This document shows positions 12,538-24,859 of a DNA stretch of 64,000 bases, piece after piece. The notes below the pieces were generated by a model. The model saw nothing but the letters and a program-made list of their open reading frames with translations, was not told the DNA's origin and did not search any database. The translations under genes were made by a program, and so were the position numbers. The DNA lies in the NCBI GenBank assembly GCA_964188305.1, contig OZ076896.1; one strand, given 5' to 3'. This DNA is from Podarcis bocagei (Eukaryota). Every line of letters begins with the position of its first letter. The stretch's first letter is position 1.

Positions 12538-13708
12538 GTAATAATGACATTCCTTAAGTATATTAAAACCAACCTGTTGAGGCTTCTGTCTCAAAAATAT
12601 AGCATGAATGACATGTTGGTGTGGTTTACTTATAGCACTAAACCAGCATTTTACTGTCCTGGTCCCAAGCCCCAGATGTGGTTTTGGGCAGCAAGCCCCT
12701 TCAGTCCCTGCCAGCACTGCCATGCATAGCATTAGGCTCACGTGCTCTGCCTTCCTGCTCCTCTGCCCACATGATACAACCTGAGTTTTATAAACCTCTA
12801 TATAATGGGTGTGATTCATCTAAGGAATCCACCCTGTCAGTGGAAGTCCTGTGCAAAGGTTTCCTGCTTCTCCTCTCTCTGTGCCCCTGAAATTGGCCCT
12901 GTGGGGGTTGAGAGAACCCACAGAACAGCATGCAGTGGGCAGGTGGGGGATGATTCCATCTGGCAAGCGTATCTGCTTGCACAGATGGAATGTTCAATGT
13001 AGTGCCATGTTGAATTCCAGCCAGAGTCTCCAAATGAGTCCCTAAGACAGTCCTCATTTCCTATTTCCTTCTTGTATGGGGCTGATCCATTTCCATTGCA
13101 TTATTAGTAGCTGAAACTTCTACATGATAACACTAGTTGGGATGGTTGGAACTTAATATGGCTGTATCATTTTTTATTATTGGCATTATAACTCTGCCAT
13201 ACTTACAGTGCATTTTCCCATGCTAATATTTTATTGGGGTTTTCATGGTAGCCATATGCAGAAACCGACATTTCTTTCCACTACGATTGCAAAATGTTTG
13301 TGGTAATGGCCCACTTAGACATCAACATGTGTGTAAAGTTAGTACTGTATTATGTTTGCTTCAGTGTGCATAGTTCCCTACTCAAAATTTAATTTATTTA
13401 CTTTCCATTCTGTTTTTAAGTTGAAGAGAACCTCTTTCTCTACCCACTTTAAGTAGGGTTGCCATATTTTAAAGAGTGAAATTCTGGACAGAGCCTTTTT
13501 TTGGCAGAGTTGTTGAGCTTTTTTTTTGGGGGGGGGGAGTTATTGAACTACTGCCGACATGGGCTGCCATATGTATGGATTTCCCCGAACATTTTACCCA
13601 TTTCTGCCTGGATACAGCTGATGACTGCAGTGCTTTCTTTTGAATATGAATAAAGGAACTTTGTATACATTTGTATAAGTTTATCTAGCTCTTAGACCAC
13701 TTCTGTTC

Positions 13709-13765
<57 letters not shown>

Positions 13766-16118
13766 TTATTATTTATACCCCGCCCATCTGGCTGGGTTTC
13801 CCCAGCCACTCTGGGCGGCTTCCAAAAGAATATTAAAATACTATGGTACATCAAACATTAAAAGCTTCCCTAAACAGGGCTGCCTTCAGATGTCTTCTAA
13901 AAGTCTGGTAGTTGTTGTTCTCTTTGACATCTGGTGGGAGGGCATTCCACAGGGAGGGCGCCACTACCGAGAAGGCCCTCTGCCTGGTTCCCTGTAACTT
14001 GGCTTCTCGCAATGAGGGAACCGCCAGAAGGCCCTCGGTGCTGGACCTCAGTGTCCGGGTAGAACGATGGAGGTGGAGACGCTCCTTCAGGTATACTGGA
14101 CCGAGGCCGTTTAGGGCTTTAAAGGTCAGCACCAACACTTTGAATTGTGCTCGGAAACGTACTGGGAGCCAATGTAAGTCTTTCAAGACCGGTGTTATAT
14201 GGTCTCGGCGGCCGCTCCCAGTCACCAGTCTGGCTGCTGCATTCTGGATTAGTTGTAGTTTCCGGGTCACCTTCAAAGGTAGCCCCACATAGAGCGCATT
14301 GCAGTAGTCCAAGCGGGAGATAACCAGAGCATGCACCACTCTGGCGAGGCAGTCCGCGGGCAGATAGGGTCTCAGCCTACGTACCAGATGGAGCTGATAC
14401 ACAGCTGCCCTGGACACGGATTTAACCTGTGCCTCCATGGACAGCTGTGAGTCCAAAATGACTCCCAGGCTGCGCACCTGGTCCTTCAGGGGCACGGTTA
14501 CCCCATTCAGGACCAGGGAATCCCCCACACCTGCCCGCCTCCTGTCCCCCAGAAACAGTACTTCTGTCTTGTCAGGATTCAATCTCAATCTGTTTGCCGC
14601 CATCCATCCTCCAACCGCCTCCAGACACTCACACAGGACTGTCACCGCCTTCACTGGTTCTGATTTGAAAGAAAGGTAGAGCTGGGTATCATCTGCATAC
14701 TGATGAACACCCAGCCCAAACCCCCTGATGATCTCTCCCAGCGGCTGCATGTAGATGTTGAAAAGCATGGGGGAGAGGACAGAACCCTGAGGCACCCCAC
14801 AAGTGAGAGCCCAGGGGTCTGAACACTCATCCCCCACCACCACTTTCTGAACACGGCCCAGGAGGAAGGAGCGGAACCACTGTATGACAGTGCCCCCAGC
14901 TCCCAGCCCCTCAAGACGGTCCAGAAGGATGTTATGGTCGATGGTATCAAACGCCGCTGAGAGATCCAGCAGAACTAGGAAACAGCTCTCACCTTTGTCC
15001 CTAGCCCGCCGGAGATCATCAACCAGTGCGACCAAGGCAGTTTCAGTCCCGTGATGAGGCCTGAATCCCGATTGGAAGGGATCCAAATGGTCCGCTTCTT
15101 CCAGGCGTGCCTGGAGTTGTTCAGCAACCACTCGCTCAATCACCTTGCCCAAGAATGGAAGATTTGAGACTGGGCGATAGTTGGCCATCGTGGCCGCATC
15201 TAAAGATGGTTTTTTAAGAAGCGGTTTAATAACCGCCTCTTTCAGCGGGTCTGGGAAGGCTCCCTCACGGAGGGAAGCATTCACCACCCCACGAAGCCCA
15301 TCGCCCAGCCCTTCCCGGCTAGCTTTTATAAGCCAGGATGGGCAAGGATCAAGGAGACAGGTGGTTGGTTTCACTCGTCCAAGCAGCCTGTCCACATCCT
15401 CGGAGGTAACAGATTGGAATTGATCCCACTCAACTTGACTAGACAAAACTCTAGCACTCTCCCGCCCCGGCCCTGCTCCCACGGTGGCGTCTACCTCTTC
15501 CCGAATCTGAGCGACTTTATCTGCAAAAAACTTTGCAAAATCATTGCAGGAGATCATGTGGCCCGTACTGGGCCCCGATGTAGCAGGTGGTTCCGCTAAA
15601 TTGCGGACCACCTGAAAAAGTCTCCTGCTGCTGTTTTCTGCAGATGCAATAGAGGCGGCGAAGAAAGCCTTCTTCGCCGTCGCTACCGCCACTTGGTAGG
15701 CTCGACACTGAGCTCTAACCTGTGTCCGGTCAGCTTCAGAATGGGTCGTCCGCCACCGGCGCTCTAGCCGTCTCAACGATTGTTTCATTGCCCTCAGATC
15801 CGTGGAAAACCACGGGGCTGTCCGGGCTCCATGCAATCGGAGAGGGCGCTTCGGAGCCAAACAGTCAATAGCCCTGGTTAACTCCACATTCCAGCGGGCC
15901 ACCAGGGAATCAGCTGAAAGGCCATCAACATGGGATAAAGCATCCCCTACCACTCTCTGGAAACCATTTGGATCCATTAAGTGGCGGGGGCGGACCATCC
16001 GAATCGGTCCCACCTCCCTGCAGAGGGGAAGGGTCGCGGAGAAGTCAAGTTGCACCAGGAAGTGGTCTGACCATGGCACTTCTTTTGTTTCGCTTTTACT
16101 TAGTGTCAGAACACCAAC
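13709..16118 (-). mobile_element. L2-clade (CR1/L2 group) non-LTR retrotransposon, 5'-truncated, young
   Basis: Contains the RT ORF, a short 3' UTR with stem-loop and an (ATT)n tail at 13709-13764. The 5' end is truncated just upstream of the endonuclease C-terminal SDH motif. Confidence 0.93.
13851..16079 (-). CDS. LINE ORF2 remnant: endonuclease C-terminus plus complete reverse transcriptase (742 aa, no true start codon)
   Basis: Motifs WSDH, NYRPVSNLPFLGKVIE, QSGFR, LLDLSAAFDT, GVPQGSVLSP, YADD, LNPDKTE and the L2-typical HITPVL..LHWLPV..R..FK. No stops or frameshifts. Confidence 0.9.
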   Translation of the reverse strand: MPWSDHFLVQLDFSATLPLCREVGPIRMVRPRHLMDPNGFQRVVGDALSHVDGLSADSLVARWNVELTRAIDCLAPKRPLRLHGARTAPWFSTDLRAMKQSLRRLERRWRTTHSEADRTQVRAQCRAYQVAVATAKKAFFAASIASAENSSRRLFQVVRNLAEPPATSGPSTGHMISCNDFAKFFADKVAQIREEVDATVGAGPGRESARVLSSQVEWDQFQSVTSEDVDRLLGRVKPTTCLLDPCPSWLIKASREGLGDGLRGVVNASLREGAFPDPLKEAVIKPLLKKPSLDAATMANYRPVSNLPFLGKVIERVVAEQLQARLEEADHLDPFQSGFRPHHGTETALVALVDDLRRARDKGESCFLVLLDLSAAFDTIDHNILLDRLEGLGAGGTVIQWFRSFLLGRVQKVVVGDECSDPWALTCGVPQGSVLSPMLFNIYMQPLGEIIRGFGLGVHQYADDTQLYLSFKSEPVKAVTVLCECLEAVGGWMAANRLRLNPDKTEVLFLGDRRRAGVGDSLVLNGVTVPLKDQVRSLGVILDSQLSMEAQVKSVSRAAVYQLHLVRRLRPYLPADCLARVVHALVISRLDYCNALYVGLPLKVTRKLQLIQNAAARLVTGSGRRDHITPVLKDLHWLPVRFRAQFKVLVLTFKALNGLGPVYLKERLHLHRSTRTLRSSTEGLLAVPSLREAKLQGTRQRAFSVVAPSLWNALPPDVKENNNYQTFRRHLKAALFREAFNV

Positions 16119-16607
16119 AATAAAATAAAATAAAACTTATGAACGTGTTAAGTTCATTGTTCAGAAAAAAATCATTTTAAAAGTGTAAACATTGAGATTC
16201 CTTTGCTTCTGAAATGTCATAAACTGCTATTTGCATGCTTGGGAAGAATTGTTAAACAAGACTGACAGTTACTGTCCGCAGTAGCCCTATAGCTGCCAAT
16301 TACATTGCCTTAAGATGTAATAAAGACTTACATTATATTTGAAGCTCCTCTTACTTTTTTGGTCTGCTTCCTATTCCTAGTACGGACTCAATAAGCTGCA
16401 TTTCTTAAAAAACTCAGTTCTAGTATTAGGAGCACAGCATGAAGTAATTAGGAGAGTGTTATTGTGGACACTATCCAGTGAATGTCCACGAAACTCTTGC
16501 AGCAGCATCTCACTAGGCTAAAGCAGAGCTTCCCAAATTTGGGTCTCCAGCTGTTTTTGGACTACAGTTCTTATCGTCCTTGACCACTGGTCCTGTTAGC
16601 TAGGGAT

Positions 16608-17000
16608 TGCTGGGTGATAACGCCAAGGCCTGGTGCCTCCCCCGCCAACGCAGCATCGCCCAGGATTCATCACTCTGGTCTCCTGTCATGCTGATGTGGC
16701 CCATATCCAGGGACCATGACCACACGATTAGCAGAGTTCAAAACAGAAGCTCAGCCTTGAGGAGTAACATCTAAGCCTAATTTATTGCAAAATAAATCAA
16801 ACGTAACAGAACAAAGAAAACATGGCTTCTCTCTCTGTCTTTCTTCGTCGGAGAGAGAACTACAAAAGCAAAAGCTATACAGAGCGGAAACAGCGTATCT
16901 CAATTTCCTCTCACAAGACTCCAGTGCTGGAATGTAAACAGACATGTGACATGTAACAATCCCACACATCTGCAGCTTGGGAGGAATGGAATTCTCAACA
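16608..17000 (-). mobile_element. Solo LTR (393 bp) inserted in a hairpin MITE
   Basis: TG...CA ends and 5-bp TSD GGGAT (16603-16607, 17001-17005). AATAAA on the minus strand. The flanks rejoin as the MITE (..gttagctagggat|gatgggagttg). Confidence 0.85.
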
Positions 17001-17053
17001 GGGATGATGGGAGTTGAGTGGGACTTTGAATCCAGGACTGTTCTCTTATAAAC

Positions 17054-17332
17054 AAGGTAAAAGCTAAAGAACCCCTGGATGGTTAAGTCCAGTCAAAGGC
17101 GAGTATGGGGTGCAGAGCTCATCTCGCTTTTCAGGCTGCGTTTCAGTCAGAGTTTGTCCACAGACAGCTTTCTGAGTCATGTGACCAGCAAGACTAAACT
17201 GCTACTTGAGCACGGAAGACTGTGACAAGTGCCAGTGCGCACGGAAATGCCACTGACTTTCCTGCTGCAGTGGTATGCTTTTGAACTGCAAGGTTGGCAG
17301 AAGCTGGGACAAAGCAACAGGAGCTCACCCCG
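17054..17332 (-). mobile_element. Sauria-type SINE, truncated/diverged
   Basis: Reverse complement of the SINE body (gaactgc.aggttggcag.agctggga..gagctcacccc) with the aaggtaaa tail. Confidence 0.8.
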
Positions 17333-18985
17333 TAATAGAATCTTAATTGGCAGTGGGTGTCCAGACCTTTGTCCTAAGACAAGATATTCTGTACCTAAAA
17401 GATTGCTTCATAAAAGCGTCTCCAACTTTCTTCTTAAACTAGTAAGAATATTCCAAAACATCACTAGATGCACTGAGCTGTTTTTAAATTGGGGAAAATT
17501 CTTCCTATTTTCACCTTCTGTGACAGACAATTCTTCTAGGTCTCCTATCAGTTCTTTCCAGTGTTTTGACATCCTCCTTGAATTGTGGCTGCTAAACTGA
17601 ATGCAGTATTCTACCTTTTCAGCAGGGAAGTACTGCTATTGATCGCCATGCTTGCATCCAGAAATTTGACTGTGCATTTCAAAGTGCCTCAGTTAATTAA
17701 TAAGCCAACGTGGGTGTGTGTTTGTACTTTCAGCTGCTTTGTAAATTCCTGTTAACATTCTTCTTGTATAGTGGGTTTAATGAGAGAATTTTTCTGGGCT
17801 GAATTTGAAAAGGGAACTGTGGTGTTAATGATGGTGCTCCTGTAAACAGTGCTGTCTGTTACATTTTTACATTTACTAAAGAATAGGAAAGCAGTCTTTA
17901 AACATAGCAAGCCGACTGTAACCTTGTGGGAATAAAATTTGATCTTAAAACACAATTTATTCCATTTCATAGAGGCTGGAGCGAAACATCTGCTGAAGGT
18001 GTAATTCAAATCAGAAATGGCTCGGTGCTATACTGTTTCCTCATAATTTACTGGTTTTAAAGTCAGTTCTCAAAAAGGTCACTTGAATAAAGTAAAGAAA
18101 CCTCTAAAATTGCAGGGCAGAAAGTAATATTCTCAGGTGTTTTATAAAATGTCAGAAAAACCAACCACAAAACTGCAAAAGTACTATTGGCAGGCAAAAA
18201 ATAATAATGAAATAAAGTAAAAGTCCAGGTGCTTGAAATGTGATTTATTCTATGCCCAAAGTGTTTCAGAACAGATCCATCCTCAGGGGGCATATTTTTA
18301 GCAACCATCCTATCCATGTGCATGTGCCACTGTTGAGACATAAGTAGCCTTATCTTATTTCAAGCACCTAGAGTTTCCTTGTCTTTTCTTGTTTATCAAG
18401 TGGCTTTTTAGCAAGCAGTTTTTAAAGTTGCCAGGGTAGTTTTGCTTCTTTCCTCTCACTCTTTTTATTAATAGAAGTATGGAATAGAAGGGTATAGCTT
18501 CGAGATATAGTGTTTTAAGTTTTAAATGTTCTTATTCTAAGGATCAATGCTACAGCAAATCCCCCCCCCCCAACTGCTTCCCTGAATGCTGTTTATTATG
18601 GGTTGGCATAACCGCACTGTATTTAAATCAACAACCATCTGCTCCCGTATTAAAATTTTTCTGCCTGAAGGTCTTCCTATCTGTACCATTGACCTTGTTT
18701 GCATGTCAAAGGTTTAAACCATAGGAAAGTTGAACACACAGCAGGCTGATGTATGCTGCTGAAATTGAGGGCACTTTGCTCCGCCTCCACTTCTGTTCCT
18801 GCCATGCTGCTGGGAGCTAAGTCAGGGCCTAGTTTAGTGTTATGTCTTATTTCCTCCAAACAAACTTTGAGCAATAGGCCAAGAAGAAAACTTGGTTGCA
18901 GTTCAAGGTTTGATGGAGAGAAATAAAATGTGAGGCCGGATTTGGACATAACGCTAAACAAAACCATGGTTTAGTTTAGCTTAAG

Positions 18986-19132
18986 CAGTGCTTTTTTCGG
19001 GAGGAGGGCATGGGGGACGCATACCCCTAAACATTTTGTGAATCTCAATTTGGCCTCATTGAGGGGCAGTATTTCAATATGAGCAGGAAAATGAGAGTAC
19101 CCCTAAACATTTTTTTAAGAAAAAAAGCACTG
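18986..19132. mobile_element. Short MITE (probable hAT)
   Basis: TIRs CAGTGCTTTTTT / AAAAAAGCACTG and internal repeat tacccctaaacatttt x2. TSD is imperfect. Confidence 0.7.
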
Positions 19133-19584
19133 GCTTTAACTATGGTTTAAAGTGATGTGTGAACTAGCTAAGCCAATGTCTTGCGCTCACTTACCTGATA
19201 ACCAAAGAGTTGAGTGGTCTTGGTTGTAGTGCCGATGAAATCTCATGGACTTGGTGCCCCCTTTGTTGTCAGACCTGATTTTTTTTAATTATTATTTCAA
19301 CGGCTTTTAATACTTTAGTTTTTCTGTTTGTTGCTTTTAATGAACTGCTTTACATTTATTAATAGTTTGTTTCATAGCTTTTTATTATAGTGTATGTGCT
19401 TTCTGTAAGTTGCTATGCCTGCTCTGTGAGAAGAAGAATAGGGTACAGATATTAAGCAACATCCTGTGCAGATCTTAGCAGAAATAATATTTTTGGAATA
19501 AGTGTGGCCTTTGTCTTTCGTGTGTTTGGGTGTTTGTTCAGAGTTGAGTTCCATCTGCATGAAACATTAGATTTGGTTCCTCCT

Positions 19585-19777
19585 GGGGCTGTAGCTCAGT
19601 GGTACAGCTTCTGCTTTGCATGCTGAACGTCTCAGATTCAATCCCCTACATCTCTAGCAAGGACTGGGAGAGACTCCTTGCCTGTAATTCTGTAGTGCCA
19701 CTCCCAGGCAGTGTAGACAATACTGAACTAGATGGACTCAGGGTCTGACTCAGTATAAGGCAGCTTCCTGTGTTCCT
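19585..19777 (+). mobile_element. tRNA-Ala-like-headed SINE (best-preserved copy)
   Basis: GGGGCTGTAGCTCAGTGGTA..ctttgcatg..gattcaatccc head; body ends gcagcttcctgtgttcct. Confidence 0.85.
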
Positions 19778-19838
19778 ACTAAGGATTTGAAAGACAGTGC
19801 TCCTAAACAGAATGCATGCTGTTAGCTGTATTTGGATG

Positions 19839-20314
19839 CAGGGGCAAACAAAGGCTTTGTGACACCCAGGGCGGGGCGTCGTTACATAGTGCGCATGTGT
19901 GATGTCGCTACATATGATGCATGTGCCGTACATAGCACCACTGCACATGCACTGTACATAGCGGTTTGCTGCCAGCGCAGCTCCATACGGACGGTGCTGG
20001 GATCCTCTGCTCATGGCTGCAGCTGCGAACGAAGGATCCTCTACATGCGGCTGCAGCGGCGATGGAGGGATCCCACCGCCGTCTGTACGGCAAACTGCTA
20101 TGTACAGCGCATGTGCAGCGTCATTATATACAGTGCATGAGTGTGACGCCTCACATGCGCTGTACATAGTGGTTTGCCGCCAGCGCTGGGATCCTCCACA
20201 TGCGGCTCCTGCGGCATGATGGCTGCTCGCGCCGCCGTGGCGGGGCGCCTTCTTGTCACCCCCGTAGACATGGAACTGGGAGCGCCCCCCCACCCCCCCA
20301 TTGCGACGGCACTG
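19839..20314. mobile_element. hAT-type non-autonomous element, CpG-rich, with internal repeats
   Basis: CAG...CTG ends with imperfect TIRs and perfect 8-bp TSD TTTGGATG (19831-19838, 20315-20322). Confidence 0.85.
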
Positions 20315-20380
20315 TTTGGATGATGAGAGCATTTGCAATGTAAATAAATGTGTGGTGTTTGTCTTTCTACAGTGCTCTTC

Positions 20381-20384
<4 letters not shown>

Positions 20385-20429
<45 letters not shown>
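20385..20429. repeat. (GT)n microsatellite
   Basis: About 22 GT units. Confidence 0.95.
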
Positions 20430-20435
<6 letters not shown>

Positions 20436-21849
20436 CCTCTTCAAAACTCATTGTTGAGTGGTTATTATTGAACAACTTGCAACAGCAAGTGTTACAACTG
20501 ATTTTTCTCTCTCCTCACCAATCATTAAAACATGTGAAACATTCTTAAGTACAATCTTATCAGGAGTAAGATTTGACTGTGCCCACTTAAAACTAGTTGA
20601 AACTAGGAATGCTGATAAGGTAATTGTAATGTAGCCGTGCAGTTCAACATCTCAAGTTTTATTGCAGTCCTAGCATTGCAAATGCAAACAATTGAAAACA
20701 TAAGAGGAACTCTGTTGAACCAGACCAAAGGTTCATCTACTCTAGCATCCTGTTTCTCACAGTGCCCAACCAGATGCTTCCAGGAAGCCCACAAGCGGGG
20801 CTTGAAAGCAACTACAGTACTGTACCTTCTTCCACTGCTGCTCCCCTCTAGCTGCTGGGTTTCTGTAGTATTTCTGATTTCTGAACATGGGAGTGTCCCC
20901 AGAACCACCACGAAAAATAACCATTGATTGATCTATTCATCATACAGAGCCAAGTGTGGCATATAAAGTACATTTATATCCCAGCTTTTCTCCAAAGGGC
21001 TCAAGGTGGAGTGCAAACTTCTCCCTCTCTTCATTTTATCCTCATGACAACCGTGTGAAATAATGGGACTGCAAATTGTACGGACAGGGAAGGTTGCTCT
21101 GGTTGCTGTAGAGTGAGGCTATTTTGAGGCTTCTTAGGCCTACTAGTTCGCACAAACAGCAGATGAGGTTGCATAATGGTTCCTTGGTCTTAATACTTTC
21201 AGACTGCAGGTGGTGAAATTGCATGGTTGGATACTTCCCCAGGAGGAAAATTTGCTGCCCAGACAAAAATTATAGAGTAGTGAGGAGAAGACTAGGCGAG
21301 CTTAGGGATGTGCAGAGGTGATTTACAGTACAGCAGCAAGAATTCTGACTACCAATTGTTTAGCAATAATGTCAGAAAGGGGCCTTCCAAATTACGTTGG
21401 CCAGATCCTGCCAACCTAGCAGACATAACTGTGAGATCCATTCTGAAACTGAAAACAAAATTTTGAGCTAGCCATAGAATTCCGTAATCCCAGCCCTGCC
21501 ATTATTTTGCACCTGGCTCTCGATTACTAAGGTTCTAGTAAAGACAGTAGCAGCAAAGGAGATCCTGCAAGCCTGAAATACAGGCAACTCCTGGTCATTG
21601 CGTGCTTGCGTAAAATCACATATAATTGGAACACCTGTTGAAAAAGCCTGTGAACACCCTGTTCTGACCCTTTTTATGATGTTGTTGGGTCTGCGTTCCT
21701 CACAATGCGTGGCTACACACATACCGGACACATCTCAAATGGTCGCTGCCTATATGCAAGTGCCTGGACTACTAATCACAGTGCCAATTTTGCATGCATG
21801 AGAGGCAGCAGTCCTCTAAAGCACACTGTGTTACATGACTGTATATTTG

Positions 21850-22194
21850 GGGACGCGAGTGGCGCTGTGGTCTAAACCACTGAGCCTCTTGGGCTTGCTG
21901 ATCGGAAGATCGGCGGTTTGAATCCCCACGATGGAGTGAGCTTCCATTGCTCTGTCCCAGCTCCTGCCAACCTAGCAGTTCAAAAGCACGCCAGTGCAAG
22001 TAGATAAATAGGTACCACTGCAGCAGGAAGGTAAAGGGCATTTCCGTGAACTCTGGTTTCCATCACGGTGTTCCGTTGTGCCAGAACAACCTGGAATGCT
22101 GTTTGTGGACAAATGCCAGCTCCCTAGGCCTGAAAAGCAAGATGAAAGCCGCAACCCCATAGTCGCCTTTGACTGGACTTACCATTACCTTTTT
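21850..22194 (+). mobile_element. Sauria-type SINE (different subfamily)
   Basis: GGGACGCGAGTGGCGCTG head and 8-bp TSD TATATTTG. Confidence 0.88.
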
Positions 22195-24859
22195 TATATT
22201 TGAAGCAACATGAGGGGGAAATCACAGCTTTGACTAGATTGACTAGGGATTGGACTAGATGACTCTTGGGATCCCTTCCAATTCTGTGACTCTATGAGTA
22301 GTTTTTGAAATGAAAAGTAACATCCGGAGGCTGTGCAGAGGAGCAATAGGGTACTTGGGGATATGGGAATGGTAAGAGCAGGTGTTTTCCCACCAGTTGT
22401 ATTTTCCACTTGAAATCACTACTCCCAATCTCTCCCTGGAACAGGGTTCTAGATTCATGTTTGCAAGAGTTCTAAGGTATATAGATTTCTACAAGCGGCT
22501 AAAACAATCTTGGAGAAGTGACTTTGAGCCTTCACAAGGTGCTGCTGATAGCCCTCATAGCTTTGTAAAGGGAGAATTTCTAAAATTCTAAGGTGTGTTG
22601 TGCTCTTTGGTGGTTCTTATGGTCAAGACCAACCTAGAGCTATTACTGGAACAAAAAGGTCAACCTGAACACTGCTGCTCTTCCTTCCCTTCCACTGTGC
22701 GAGAAACGTGCTATGTTGCTGCTGGCTCCACATTGAACTATGGTCTATGTTGAGCTGTGGGGGAGGGAAAGAAAACTCTTTTTATTTTATGTGTCTGTAA
22801 AGAGTCTTGGCTGTACAGAATAAGCTGCTTCATTTTTAGCACTTCTTCCCTCTACTTCCTCCACCCCATTCTGCTCTGTGTCCTTAGGCAGCAGACTTTG
22901 ATCTGCTGCCGCTAAATAAATACATTTTTGTGTGTGATCTTTTGGTGACAGAGTCCTAATTTCAACATTTACTCCTGGTTCCTCAAGGTCAAAGTGCCAT
23001 CACATGATTTATTAGTTACCAAAGGAATTCAGTGGGTAAGAGGTACAAATGGAGGGAAGAAACCACAGGAAGCTTACTGTGTAAAGTTGAATACTGTAAT
23101 CGTTTTACTTTGAATACAAATAAACAGATGAACATGACTTAATTTCAAAATGCTTTCAAAATTGTACGTTGGAAATATTGCCATGTAGTTTTTTGGATTT
23201 GAATTCAGAATGTGGATTAACTTCTAGTGGTCAGCAGCGAGCAATTTACTCAATTGTATGAACATCTTTCAATTCATTGAGTAGCTCACTTGTGAGCCTT
23301 TTGAACATTTTAATCTCCTTGCAAATTGTCCTGCCATGTTTTCCACAGTTCTTGGCTTGTTGTTGGATGTGCTGTGAATCAACAAATATTTGTATTTTAA
23401 ACAAGAATCTTGGGTCTGTGCATTTGCTGACATTCTTGCAAAATTTGTAAGCTTCTGGGGGAGAAAATTGCTTCTGCCTTGTGAGTTGATTGTTATGACC
23501 CAGAATTCACATCCAGGCAGAACTTGAAGCACTAGGTGTGGGGAGTTGGTGGTACTCCAGAGATGTTCTTGAACAAGATTCGAAGCCCACAAGTTCCCCA
23601 TCCCTGACTTAGAAACATACTGTCCTAATCAGAGTGGCATCGGTTTTGAAGTTCTCACCTACTACTACAGTGCCCTGTTCTTTCTTCTTTCAAAGAGCCA
23701 TTTCCTTCTTTCTCTCAACCCAAACACCTTTATTTTCTCTCTACCTCTTCACTGCCACCCCCACACCACATGAGCAATGCACAGATGTGTAGTCTTAAGA
23801 ATTCAGAGAATCTCAGAGTTCAGAGAATCCCAGCATTGTTAACGTAGGAGCCTGGCCCTCTGGGAGAGCTGAAATTTAATGGCAAAAAAATGCTAAAAGT
23901 CTGGAAATGGGAGGCTAGTGCAAATGATCCAGAAATTCATTGTTCTTGAACTGTTGTCTCCAAGTCGACACAAGACTTAACAAGGGCTGATTCAAGGTTT
24001 TGTCTTGTTTTTTTCATCTAAGGTTAACAATTTAAGAATAAGTATATTGTGGCGTAATTACAGCATGTCCACCAACTTGAGCCTGGCATCCGTAGTGTTC
24101 TTGAAATGATATGGGAAGCCTGTTGATTTATGCAGTTTATAATTGTCCAAAGTATGTTAATTGCCGGCGGCTAAAAGAAGCAAACTAGGTCATGAAATTA
24201 CCAGTGTGGGCATCGGTACTCGCCAAGCTGCCTGCCCTTGTTCTGCCACTTTCAGACCATGCAAGAAAATTAAACTCATTGCTAATATAATAAATCTTGC
24301 ATAGTTTTTGGACAGTTTCTCTGTGAGTTGGTTACCAGAGGAACGCTTTTTCTTTCTTGATCTCTACTAGAGGTCATGAAGAAACTATGATAAAGAGTAG
24401 GCAGAGTTCAAAGTACATGCCTCTAATGAAGCGAAGCATATTCCTGTGAATATCATGACAATTGAAGAACTTGGCAAGCTTTCCCCAGTTATAAAGCTAT
24501 GATTCCTGGAGTTAGCCTGGAATCATAAATGGCCCAGTCCTGGATTTGACTATGGTGCACTTCCAGTTCCATGTATTGAATTTTCCCTAACATGTTTTTC
24601 AGTTGTTGTGGCCTGAAGAAATGGACAGGACACTTGGAGCAGTGAGGCCAACCACATGTCTGCTCAATCTGTCCATCAATGTTCGGGAAATCTAGTAGGA
24701 GAGGATTGACTGGGTGGGTCCCTGACATGGTTCAAACATTTTTGAGAGGATTGTGTTCACTGCCTTGAAAGGGGTGGTGGAGAGCCCCCTCAGGAAGTGG
24801 ACCTCCCTGAATCTAGAGCTTTTTAAATAACTGCCACCCACTCTCAATAATTCATTCCT

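Noticed and set aside
19646-20338. 230-aa minus-strand ORF
   Set aside because: It spans a SINE and a TSD-bounded repetitive hAT element, and the peptide repeats simply mirror the DNA repeats.
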